NCBI GenBank assembly: GCA_963785725.1
Contig: CAWAWS010000006.1
Span: 32,001 to 96,000 of the forward strand
Reading direction: 5' to 3'
Origin: an uncultured delta proteobacterium
GTDB lineage: Bacteria; Myxococcota_A; Polyangia; Palsa-1104
DNA: 64,000 nt
A model generated the notes under the pieces. That model searched no databases, was not told where the DNA came from, and saw nothing but the letters and a program-made list of their open reading frames with translations. Shown here one piece after another: positions 29,065-38,343 of the stretch (positions within the stretch are counted from its first letter, which is position 1; each line of letters begins with the position of its first letter). The translations under genes were made by a program, and so were the position numbers.

Positions 29065-32000
29065 TCAGCCGTTGAGCGGCACGGCCGCCGGCGGCACGTG
29101 CTGCTTCTTGGAGCGGAAGCGATCGAGGAACAGATACGTCACCGGCGTCGTGAACAGCGTCAGCATCTGCGACAGCATGAGGCCGCCGACGATGGCCACG
29201 CCGAGCGGTTGGCGCATCTCGGCGCCCGTGCCCGTGCCGAGCGCGAGCGGCAGGCCGCCGAGTAGCGCGGCCATCGTCGTCATCAGAATCGGCCGGAAAC
29301 GCAAGAGGCAGGCCTGATAGATCGACTCCTCGGGCGCCGCGCCTTCTCGTTCCGCCTCGAGCGCGAAGTCAATCATCATGATCGCGTTCTTCTTGACGAT
29401 GCCGATGAGCAAAATGATTCCGACGATGCCGATGATCGACAGATCCATGTTGAACAGGAGCAAGGCCAAGAGCGCGCCGACGCCGGCCGAGGGCAACGTC
29501 GACAGAATCGTGATCGGGTGAATGTAGCTCTCGTAGAGCATGCCGAGCACGATGTAGACGGTGATGAGCGCGGCGATGATCAGCCACTTCTCCGACGACA
29601 GCGAGTCTTTGTAGGCCTGGGCCGTGCCGGTGAAGTCGCCGCGCACGCTCGCCGGCAAGCCCATCTGGCTCTCGGCCTCGTGAATCGCCGCCACCGCTTG
29701 TGACAGCGAGACGCCCGGCGCGGCGTTGAACGACAACGTCACGCCCGGAAACTGCCCTTGGTGGTTGATCGACAGCGGCGTCACCGACGGCGTGATCGAC
29801 GCGATCGCGCTCAGCGGCACCTGCGTTCCCGCCGGCGTCTTCACGTACAGCGCCGCCAGCGCCTCCGGTCCGCGCGCCAGCTCCGGCTTCATCTCGAGCA
29901 CGACGCGATACTGATTGACGGCCGTGAACGACGTCGCCACTTGGCGCTGCCCGAAGGCGTCGTAGATCGTGTTGTCGACGTCGCGCATGCTGATGCCGAG
30001 CCGCGCGGCGCTGTCGCGGTCGACGTTGACGTCGAGCTCGAGCCCGGCGGTCTGCTGATCGGTGTTCACGTCCTGCAGCAGCTTGATCTTGCGCATCGAC
30101 GCCAGCATCTTCGGCGCCCACTTCAAGAGCTCGTCCAGGTCGGCGTCTTGCAGCGTGTACTGATACTGCGAGCGCGCCAGACGACCGCCCAAGCGCACGT
30201 CCTGCACCGACTGCAGGAACAGCTGGATGCCTTGCACCTTGGCCAGCTTGGGACGCAGCCGGTTGATGATCTCGTCGGCGGTCGCTTTACGCTGCGGCTT
30301 CTGCTTGAGCGCGATGAACATCGTGCCCGTGTTGCCGGTGCCGCCGCCGCCCGAGCCGATGAACGACACGACGTTCTCGACGTCGGGATCCTGCTCGACG
30401 ATGTGCTCGACCGCTTGCTGTCGCGCCTTCATCGCCGGGAACGAAATGTCCTGCGGCGCGTCGGTAAAGCCGGTCAGCATGCCCGTGTCCTGCTGCGGAA
30501 ACAGGCCGAAGTTCATGAAGAACTTGAGCAGGATGACGACCAGCGCCACCGTCGCCACGGTCACGAAGCCGATGAGCACGCGATGGCGCAGCACGAAGCG
30601 CAGCATGCGACCGTAGCCGTTCTGCAGCGCCACGAAGCCGGACTCGAGCGTGCGATCCATCCAGCCGCGCGGGCCGTGATGTTGGTGCGCGAGCATCTTG
30701 GCGCACATCGTCGGCGTCAACGTCAGCGACACGAGCGCGGACACGCCGATGGCGATCGACAAGGTGACGGCGAACTCGCGGAACAGTCGACCGATGATGC
30801 CGCCCATCAGCAAGATCGGGATGAAGACGGCGAGCAGCGAGATCGTGATGCTGACGATGGTGAAGCCGATCTGCTTGGCGCCCAAGATCGCCGCTTCGAG
30901 CGGCTTCTTGCCCTCTTCGATGAAGCGCTGCACGTTCTCGGTCACGACGATGGCGTCATCGACGACGAAGCCGGTCGAGATCGTCAGCGCCATCAGCGAC
31001 AAGTTGTCGAGCGAATAGCCGAGCAGATACATGACGGCGAAGGTGGCGACCAGCGACAGCGGCACCGCCACCGACGGAATCACCGTCGCCCACACGCTGC
31101 GCAAGAAGAGGAAGACGACGAGCACGACCAGCGCCACCGAGATGACCAGCGACATCTCGACGTCGACGACCGAGGCGCGAATCGTCTGCGAGCGATCGAG
31201 CGCCACCGAGACGTCGATGGCCGGCGAGATCTCGTGCGCCAGCTCGGGCACGATCTTTTTGACGCGCTCGATGACGTCGATGATGTTGGCGCCCGGCTGC
31301 CGGCGAATGATGAGCATGACCGTGCGATCGCCGTTTTCCCAGCCGGCGACGCGCTCGTTCTCGACCGAGTCGACGACGCGCGACACGTCCGACAGCTTCA
31401 CGGCCGCGCCGTTCTGATAGCTGACGACGACGTCCTTCCAATCGTTGGCGTTGAGCAGCTGATCGTTGGCGGTGATCGGCTGCGCTTTGTCGGCGCCGCC
31501 GAAGCCGCCTTTGGGCGAGTTGGACGTCAAGACGCCGAGCGCGGTGCGAATGTCCTCGAGGCTCGATGTTGGAGCCGGCGAGCGCCGCCGGATCGGCCTG
31601 CACGCGCACCGCCGGCTGCTGTCCGCCGCCGACGAACACCTGACCGACGCCGGTGACCTGCGAGATCTTCTGCGCGAAGATGGTGTTGCCGATGTCGAAG
31701 ATCTGCGACAGCGGCACCGTCTTCGACTTCATGGCGTAGATCAAGATCGGCGAGTCGGCCGGGTTGACCTTGCGATAGTTCGGGCGCGTCGGCAGGTTCG
31801 GCGGCAAGTCGCCGCCGGCGGCGTTGATGGCCGCCTGCACGTCGCGCGCGGCCGAGTCGACGTCGCGGTCGAGATCGAACTGCAGCGTGATCGACGTGTT
31901 GCCGAGCGTCGACGCCGACGTCATCTCGACGAGGCCGGCGATGCGGCCGAAGCGCCGCTCGAGCGGCGTCGCCACCGATGACGCCATCGTCTGCGGCGAG

Positions 32001-32161
32001 GCGCCGGGCAGCGCGGCCGAGATGTTGATGGTCGGGAAGTCGACGCGCGGCAGCGGCGCCACCGGCAGCTGCGTAAACGCCGCGCCGCCGGCGATCATGA
32101 GCGCGAAGGCGAGCAGAAACGTCGCCACCGGCCGCCGAATGAACGGCTCTGAGATGCTCAT
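29065..32161 (-). CDS. mdtC: RND efflux permease, MdtC-like (+1 frameshift near 31565)
   Basis: MSISEPFIRRPVAT, YRKVNPADSP, GFVVDDAIV, GIVKKNAIMMIDFAL, RFRPILMTT. Confidence 0.9.
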
Positions 32162-32187
32162 CGCGGCACCTTCGACGTGCCGCTCAC
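32158..32187 (-). CDS. Junction mini-ORF (GTG)SGTSKVPR, 9 aa, spanning a hairpin between mdtB and mdtC
   Basis: GTGA overlap with the mdtB stop, ATGA overlap with the mdtC start, inverted repeat GCGGCAC-N7-GTGCCGC. Confidence 0.35.
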   Translation of the reverse strand: MSGTSKVPR

Positions 32188-35100
32188 GGCGTCACGACAG
32201 GCGCAGCCGGCTCGCCTTCGGGCGTCGTGCCGCTCGATGACGACGACTCGGTGGCGCGCTTCCCCTTTTTGCCGAGGCGCGTGAGCTTGTCCATGTACAA
32301 ATAGATGACCGGCGTCGTGTACAGCGTCAGGATCTGCGACAACAACAGGCCGCCGACGATGGTGATGCCGAGCGGACGGCGCAGCTCCGCGCCCGTGCCG
32401 GTGCCGAGCGCGAGCGGGACGGCGCCGAGGAGCGCGGCCATCGTCGTCATCATGATCGGCCGGAAACGCAAGAGGCAGGCCTGAAAGATCGACTTCTCGG
32501 GCGACATCTTCTCGACGCGCTCGGCCTCCAACGCGAAGTCGATCATCATGATGGCGTTCTTCTTGACGATGCCGACGAGCAGGACGACGCCGATGAGCGC
32601 GATGACGTCGAACTCCGCGTGGCAGACGATGAGCGCGAGCAGCGCGCCGACGCCGGCCGACGGCAAGGTCGACAAGATCGTCAGCGGGTGAATGTAGCTC
32701 TCGTACAAGACGCCGAGCACGATGTAGACCGTCAACAGCGCCGCCAACAGCAGCACCGGCTCCGACGCCAGCGAATCGCGGAACGCCGAGGCCGCGCCCT
32801 GGAAGTCGCCGTGAATGCCCGGCGGCTCGTCGATCTCGAGCATCGCCTGGTTGATGGCGTCGACGGCTTCGCCGAGCGAGATGCCGTTGTTGGTGTTGAA
32901 CGACAGCGTCACCGACGGAAATTGCCCTTGATGGCTGAGCTGCAGCGCGGTCGCCTTGTTCTCGTAGTGCGCGAACGTCGACAGCGGCACGGCGTTGCCC
33001 GTCGTCGAGGTGACGTAGATCTTGTCGAGCGCGTCGGGCGACTGCTGATACTCGGGCTTGACCTCGAGAATGACGCGATAAAGGTTCAGCTGCGTGAAGA
33101 TCGTCGAGACGATGCGCTGCCCGAACGCGTCATACAGCGTGTCGTCGATCGCCTGCGGGCTGACGCCGAGCCGCGACGCCGTGTCGCGATCGATCGTCAG
33201 CGCCAGCGACAGGCCGCCCATCTGCTGATCGGACGCGACGTCGACGAGCGCCGGCAGCGTCTTCAGCTTCGCCAGGATCTTGGGCGCCCACTGGTTGAGC
33301 TCGTCGGGATCGGCGTCTTCGATCGTGTATTGGTACTGCGTTCGCGACAGCCGATTGTCCATCTGTAAGTCCTGCACCGGCTGCATGTAGAGCGTGATGC
33401 CTTGCACCGACTGCACCTTCTGCTGCAGCCGCTTGATGATCGTCGTCGCGTCGTCGGACCGGTTCTCGCGGGGCTTGAGCGCGATCGAGAAGCGGCCCGA
33501 GTTCGTCGTCACGTTCGTGCCGTCGGCGCCGATGAACGACGCCACCGTCGCCACGTCCGGGTCGGCCATGATGATCTGGGCCAGCGCCTGCTGCCGCTCC
33601 ATCATGCGGCTGAAGCAGACGTCGGGCGCCGCCTCGGACACGCCGGTGATGAGGCCGGTGTCCTCGATGGGGAAGAATCCTTTGGGCACGATGTAAGCGA
33701 GCAGGCCGGTGAAGGCGACGGTCGCCAAGGTCGCGATGAGCGTCGTGCGGCGATGGCGCAGGCACCAGCCGAGCGTGCGCTCGTAGAAGCGCGTCGTGGC
33801 GTCGAAGCCGCCTTCGAAGGCGCGCGCGAACGCGCCCGGATGCTCCTCGGCGTGCGGCTTGAGCAGCCAGCCGGCCATCATCGCCGTCAGCGTGAGCGAC
33901 AGGATCGCCGAGACGATGATGGCGATCGACAAGGTGACGGCGAACTCGCGGAACAGTCGACCGATGAGGCCGCCCATGAAGAGCAGCGGAATCAACACGG
34001 CGACGAGCGAGATCGTGAGCGACATGATGGTGAAGCCGATCTGCCCGGCGCCTTTGAGCGCGGCCTCGAACGGCCGCTCGCCCTCTTCGACATAGCGCGC
34101 GATGTTCTCGACCATGACGATGGCGTCGTCGACCACGAAGCCGGTCGAGATGGTCAGCGCCATGAGCGACAGGTTGTTCAGCGAGAAGCCGCACAGGTGC
34201 ATGATGCCGAAGGTCGCGATGAGCGACAGCGGCACGGCGACGCCCGGGATGATCGTGGCGCGCCAGCTGCGCAAGAAGACGTAGATGACGCCGACGACCA
34301 GGAACACCGTCAGCACCAGCGTGAACTGCACGTCCTTGACCGACGCGCGCACGGTCTCGGTGCGATCGGTCAGGATCTGCACGTCGATTCCTTGCGGCAT
34401 CGAGGCCGACAAGGCCGGCAACAGCTTCTTGATGCCGTCGGTGACGGCGATGATGTTGGCGCCCGGCTGGCGCTGGATGTTGATGATGACCGCGCGCTTC
34501 AGCGTGCGCGCCGGTGTCGCCGGCGTCGCTTCGGCCGAGCCGGCCCAGCCGGCGAGCTGCTGATTCTCGACGCCGTCGACCGCATTGGCGATGTCCGACA
34601 GCCGAATCGGCGCGCCGTTCTTGTAAGCGATGACGAGCGTCTTGAAGCTGTTGGCCTTGTCGAGCTGATCGTTCGTGGCCAGCGTGTAGTCCTGCCGCGG
34701 CCCGTCGACGTTGCCTTTGGGCGCGTTGACGTTGGCGGCGGCGAGCGCGAGCCGCACGTCCTCGAGCGCCAACCCCGTGCCCGCGAGCGCCAGCGGATCG
34801 ACCTGCACGCGCACCGCCGGCTTCTGCCCGCCGTTGATCGACACGAGGCCGACGCCCGAGACTTGCGCGATCTTCTGCGCCAGCACCGAGTCCGCGTAGT
34901 CGTCGACCTGCGACAAGGGCAGCGTGTCCGAGCTCACCGCCAAGGTCAGCACCGGCGTATCGGCCGGGTTCGACTTCGAGTAGGTCGGCGGCGCCGGCAG
35001 CGTCGGCGGCAGCAGGTTCGACGCGGCGTTGATGGCCGCCTGCACGTCCTGCTCGGCGGCGTCGATGTTGCGATCGAGCGAGAACTGCAGCGTCACCTGC

Positions 35101-35366
35101 GACGACGCGAAGCTCGAGATCGACGTCATCTGCGTCAACGACGGCATCTGCCCGAACTGACGCTCGAGCGGCGTCGTCACCGCCGAAGCCATCGTCTCGG
35201 GCGACGCGCCCGGCAAGGTCGTGGCGACGACGATGGTCGGGTAGTCGACCTGCGGCAGCGCCGCGACCGGCAGCTGCTGGTAGCCGACCATACCGGCCAG
35301 CGCCACGCCGATCATGAGCAGCGTGGTGGCGACCGGGCGCCGAATGAAAGGCGCCGAGATACTCAT
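32184..35366 (-). CDS. mdtB: RND efflux permease, MdtB-like
   Basis: 1060 aa; ALPQVDYPTI, ERQFGQMP, YSKSNPADTP, GFVVDDAIV. Confidence 0.93.
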   Translation of the reverse strand: MSISAPFIRRPVATTLLMIGVALAGMVGYQQLPVAALPQVDYPTIVVATTLPGASPETMASAVTTPLERQFGQMPSLTQMTSISSFASSQVTLQFSLDRNIDAAEQDVQAAINAASNLLPPTLPAPPTYSKSNPADTPVLTLAVSSDTLPLSQVDDYADSVLAQKIAQVSGVGLVSINGGQKPAVRVQVDPLALAGTGLALEDVRLALAAANVNAPKGNVDGPRQDYTLATNDQLDKANSFKTLVIAYKNGAPIRLSDIANAVDGVENQQLAGWAGSAEATPATPARTLKRAVIINIQRQPGANIIAVTDGIKKLLPALSASMPQGIDVQILTDRTETVRASVKDVQFTLVLTVFLVVGVIYVFLRSWRATIIPGVAVPLSLIATFGIMHLCGFSLNNLSLMALTISTGFVVDDAIVMVENIARYVEEGERPFEAALKGAGQIGFTIMSLTISLVAVLIPLLFMGGLIGRLFREFAVTLSIAIIVSAILSLTLTAMMAGWLLKPHAEEHPGAFARAFEGGFDATTRFYERTLGWCLRHRRTTLIATLATVAFTGLLAYIVPKGFFPIEDTGLITGVSEAAPDVCFSRMMERQQALAQIIMADPDVATVASFIGADGTNVTTNSGRFSIALKPRENRSDDATTIIKRLQQKVQSVQGITLYMQPVQDLQMDNRLSRTQYQYTIEDADPDELNQWAPKILAKLKTLPALVDVASDQQMGGLSLALTIDRDTASRLGVSPQAIDDTLYDAFGQRIVSTIFTQLNLYRVILEVKPEYQQSPDALDKIYVTSTTGNAVPLSTFAHYENKATALQLSHQGQFPSVTLSFNTNNGISLGEAVDAINQAMLEIDEPPGIHGDFQGAASAFRDSLASEPVLLLAALLTVYIVLGVLYESYIHPLTILSTLPSAGVGALLALIVCHAEFDVIALIGVVLLVGIVKKNAIMMIDFALEAERVEKMSPEKSIFQACLLRFRPIMMTTMAALLGAVPLALGTGTGAELRRPLGITIVGGLLLSQILTLYTTPVIYLYMDKLTRLGKKGKRATESSSSSGTTPEGEPAAPVVTP

Positions 35367-35416
35367 CGACTCACTCCTGCGACTCCCGACAAATTCCGTC
35401 GATCAGCGACGCTCAC
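35363..35416 (-). CDS. Junction mini-ORF (GTG)SVADRRNLSGVAGVSR, 17 aa, between mdtA and mdtB
   Basis: GTGA overlap with the mdtA stop, ATGA overlap with the mdtB start, no internal stop. Confidence 0.35.
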   Translation of the reverse strand: MSVADRRNLSGVAGVSR

Positions 35417-36678
35417 TGGCCGCCTCCGCCGGGCGCGGTCGCCGGCGCCACGCCATCGGCCGGCTTCTTGTGCCCTCTGCCATCATGCACCTTGCCGTCG
35501 GGCTTGGTCGGCGTGTCACCCATGGCCGCCGTCGCCGCGTGCGCGTTGACGGTGACGCCCGGACGCAGCTGATTCTGCCCCTCGGTCACGATCTGCTCGC
35601 CCGGCGCGATGCCCTTGTCGATGACCGCCACATCCGCCGTCGTCAACGCCACCGTCACGTTGCGCTGCTCGGCCTTGCCGTCTTGCACGACGTAGACGAA
35701 CGTGCCGTTCGGTCCGCGCTGCACCGCCGCCGGCGAAATCACGATCGCGTTCGGCCGCGTCTCGAGCAAGAGGCGCGCCTTGACGAACTGATTGGGCCAC
35801 AGCAAATGCTGCGGATTCGGCACTTGGCACTTGAGCTTCAGCGTCGCCGTCGCCTGGTTGATCTGATTGTCGACGACCGCCAGCTTGCCCACGCCGAGCC
35901 GCGTCGCTCCGTCGCGGCTCCACGCCTCGACGGTGACCTCGCCCTTGCGCATCGCCGTCATGACGCGATCGAGATCATCCTCGGGCAGCGTCACGAACAC
36001 CGCCGCCGGATCGAGCTGCGTCAGGACGACGAGCCCGTTGACGTCGGTGGCGTGCACGAGGTTGCCGGCGTCGACCTGACGCACGCCGACGATGCCGTCG
36101 AGCGGCGCGCGCACCGCCGCGTAATCGAGGTTGAGCTTGGCGCTCTCGATCGCCGCCTTGTCCGTCGTCACCGCGCCTTCCGACTGGCCGACCAGCGACG
36201 CCTGATCGTCGACCTGCTGCTGCGCGATCAATTTCTGCTGCACGAGCGCGCGATAACGCTCCAAGTTCAGCTTCGTGTCGGCCAGCGACGCCGCGTCTTT
36301 GGCCAGCGCGCCCTCCGCCTGGTGCAGCTGCACCGTATATGGCCGCGGATCGATCTGCGCCAGCATCTCGCCCTTTTTGACCGTCTGTCCCTCTTTGAAG
36401 AACACCTTGTCGAGGCGGCCGTCGATCTGCGAGTGCACGATCACCTGCTGCCACGCCGAGACGCTGCCCAGGCCCTCGAGCCACAGCGGCACGTTCTGCG
36501 TCGTCGCCGGCGCGATCGTGACCGACACCGCGCGCGGCGCCTTGGCTTTGTCGGCCTCGGCCTTGGCCTTGGCGGCGTTCCCCAAGTGTCGATAGGTGGC
36601 GAAGGCGGCGATGCAGACGGCCGCGATGACGATGTACACCCAGGCCTTGCTGGATGATTTTGACGAGCTGGTCTCCAT
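35413..36678 (-). CDS. mdtA: RND periplasmic adaptor, MdtA-like
   Basis: N-terminal TM, FKEGQTVKKG..LAQIDPRPY, RAPLDGIVG.RQVDAGN, LWPNQFV; GAGGAG RBS. Confidence 0.93.
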   Translation of the reverse strand: METSSSKSSSKAWVYIVIAAVCIAAFATYRHLGNAAKAKAEADKAKAPRAVSVTIAPATTQNVPLWLEGLGSVSAWQQVIVHSQIDGRLDKVFFKEGQTVKKGEMLAQIDPRPYTVQLHQAEGALAKDAASLADTKLNLERYRALVQQKLIAQQQVDDQASLVGQSEGAVTTDKAAIESAKLNLDYAAVRAPLDGIVGVRQVDAGNLVHATDVNGLVVLTQLDPAAVFVTLPEDDLDRVMTAMRKGEVTVEAWSRDGATRLGVGKLAVVDNQINQATATLKLKCQVPNPQHLLWPNQFVKARLLLETRPNAIVISPAAVQRGPNGTFVYVVQDGKAEQRNVTVALTTADVAVIDKGIAPGEQIVTEGQNQLRPGVTVNAHAATAAMGDTPTKPDGKVHDGRGHKKPADGVAPATAPGGGGQ

Positions 36679-36704
36679 TTTCTCCTCGGACTGCCGCCTG
36701 ACAC

Positions 36705-36720
36705 AGCAATCGCCGCGCCA
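36705..36720 (-). promoter_or_regulatory. Sigma54 (-24/-12) promoter for mdtABC
   Basis: TGGCGCG-GCGA-TTGCT matches TGGCACG-N4-TTGCW with exact spacing, 26 nt upstream of the mdtA ATG. Confidence 0.8.
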
Positions 36721-36760
36721 CGGTAAGTGCTACCGCGACGTGGGTTTGCGCCGGTTCCGG

Positions 36761-36797
36761 CTGTATTCAAGCGATACAGGTGTCCTGATTGCCAACA
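36761..36797. promoter_or_regulatory. Candidate enhancer: two tandem TGT-N11-ACA boxes
   Basis: CTGTATTCAAGCGATACAG (36761-36779) and TGTCCTGATTGCCAACA (36781-36797), upstream of the sigma54 site. Confidence 0.55.
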
Positions 36798-36868
36798 ATC
36801 GCAAGCCCCTTTGATGGCGCGCGACGGCGAAATGTTGCCGGTCCACCTCTTGCTTGGCAAGCGCCGAC

Positions 36869-38254
36869 GTGGCAATCACTCCATTCATACGCCACCGCTT
36901 GGTCACCATCGCCTTTCTGGGCCTCGTTACGTCGGCCCTGGCGCTGTTCGCGCTCTATCGCGCGGTCAGCACGACGGTCGCCCTGCGCGTGCAGCGCGCC
37001 CAAGATCTCGTGGGCAACGAAGTCGACCGGCTCGCCAAGCTGCCGCCGACGACCGACTCCTTGGCGGCGCCGCCGTCGAGCACGTACGTCGGTCTGCGCG
37101 GCGGCTGGATGCAGTCACCGGCCGGCGCCGCGTCCGAGCCCGGCCTGCCGCCGGCGTGGGTCCCGTCGGTCGCTGACGTCGTCGGCCGCGCCGAAGCCAC
37201 GCACACCCGCGTCGAAGGCGTCGTCACCCGCTACGAGACCGGCCAGCTCGTCACCGCCGCCGCGCCGGCACCCGGCGGCGTCGCCTGGGCCGCTTACGTC
37301 GTCCTCCCGTTTTCGTCGCTCGAGACCTGGAAATGGGTCATCACTGCACTGGCCTTGTCCGCTGCCTTATTGGTGTTCACCGCCATCGCCACGACGCTGT
37401 CCTTCCGTCGCTCCGCCGGCGAGTTGAACGAGACCTTGACGCTCTTGGGCGGCGATCTGACGACGAAAGTGCCGCAGCCGAAGGTGCTCGAGCTCACCGG
37501 CATCGCCGACGGGATTCGCTCGTTGGCGGCGCAGCTGTTGACGTCGCGCGAGGCGACCGATCGCCTCGGGCGCGAGCTGGCGCAGCAGGAGCGGCTGGCG
37601 GCGCTGGGACGGGTCGCGGCCGGTGTCGCGCATGAAGTGCGCAACCCGCTGGCATCGATCAAGCTGCGGCTCGATCTGACGACCTCGGCGCACGCCTTGC
37701 CGGAGTCGGCCAAGAAGTCGATCGCCGCGGCCGCGGACGAGATCGCGCGCCTCGACCGGCTGGTGAGCGATCTGCTGCTCGTGGCCGGCAACAAGATCGG
37801 GCCGCGGCGCGCGCTCGACGTGGCCGAGCTCGTGCGCATGCGCGCCGAAGCGCTGGCGCCGTGGGCCGCGACGCGCCAAGTGAAGCTGCACGCCGTCGGA
37901 CAAGGCCGCGCCGACGCCGATCCCGAGTCGGTGGCGCGCGCGCTCGACAATTTGATGCGCAACGCCGTCGAAGCGTCGCCGGCCGACGCGCCGGTCGAGG
38001 TCGTCGTGCGGGCGCGCGAAGGTCGCGTCGACGTCGTCGTCGCCGATCGGGGCGCAGGCGTGGCGGAGTCGCGCGTGGGCGAGCTGTTCGAGCCGTTCTT
38101 CACGACGAAAGCCGAGGGCACCGGGCTCGGCCTGGCCATCTCGCGCGCCATCGCGCGCGCTCACGGAGGCGACTTGACCTACGCCCGCGGCGACGAAGTC
38201 ACGTCGTTCTGCCTGTCGCTGCCCGAGCGCGCCCCGCGCGCCGAGGCCGCATGA
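36869..38254 (+). CDS. Membrane sensor histidine kinase
   Basis: Two TM helices, AHEVRNPL, NLMRNAVEA, DRGAG, FEPFFTTK, GTGLGL. Start approximate. Confidence 0.93.
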   Translation: MAITPFIRHRLVTIAFLGLVTSALALFALYRAVSTTVALRVQRAQDLVGNEVDRLAKLPPTTDSLAAPPSSTYVGLRGGWMQSPAGAASEPGLPPAWVPSVADVVGRAEATHTRVEGVVTRYETGQLVTAAAPAPGGVAWAAYVVLPFSSLETWKWVITALALSAALLVFTAIATTLSFRRSAGELNETLTLLGGDLTTKVPQPKVLELTGIADGIRSLAAQLLTSREATDRLGRELAQQERLAALGRVAAGVAHEVRNPLASIKLRLDLTTSAHALPESAKKSIAAAADEIARLDRLVSDLLLVAGNKIGPRRALDVAELVRMRAEALAPWAATRQVKLHAVGQGRADADPESVARALDNLMRNAVEASPADAPVEVVVRAREGRVDVVVADRGAGVAESRVGELFEPFFTTKAEGTGLGLAISRAIARAHGGDLTYARGDEVTSFCLSLPERAPRAEAA

Positions 38255-38343
38255 ACCCGCGCGCCGCGCGCCGAGGCCGCATGAACCCGCGCATTGCGCG
38301 CCGAGGCCGCATGATCCGCGCACTGCGCGCCGAGGGAATATGA
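38228..38343 (+). repeat. Tandem 29-30-bp repeats copying the kinase 3' end; they encode a 30-aa ATGA-coupled mini-ORF (38251-38343)
   Basis: GCGCGCCGAGGCCGCATGA three times plus a variant ending GAGGGAATATGA; reads MNPRAARRGRMNPRIARRGRMIRALRAEGI. Confidence 0.9.
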
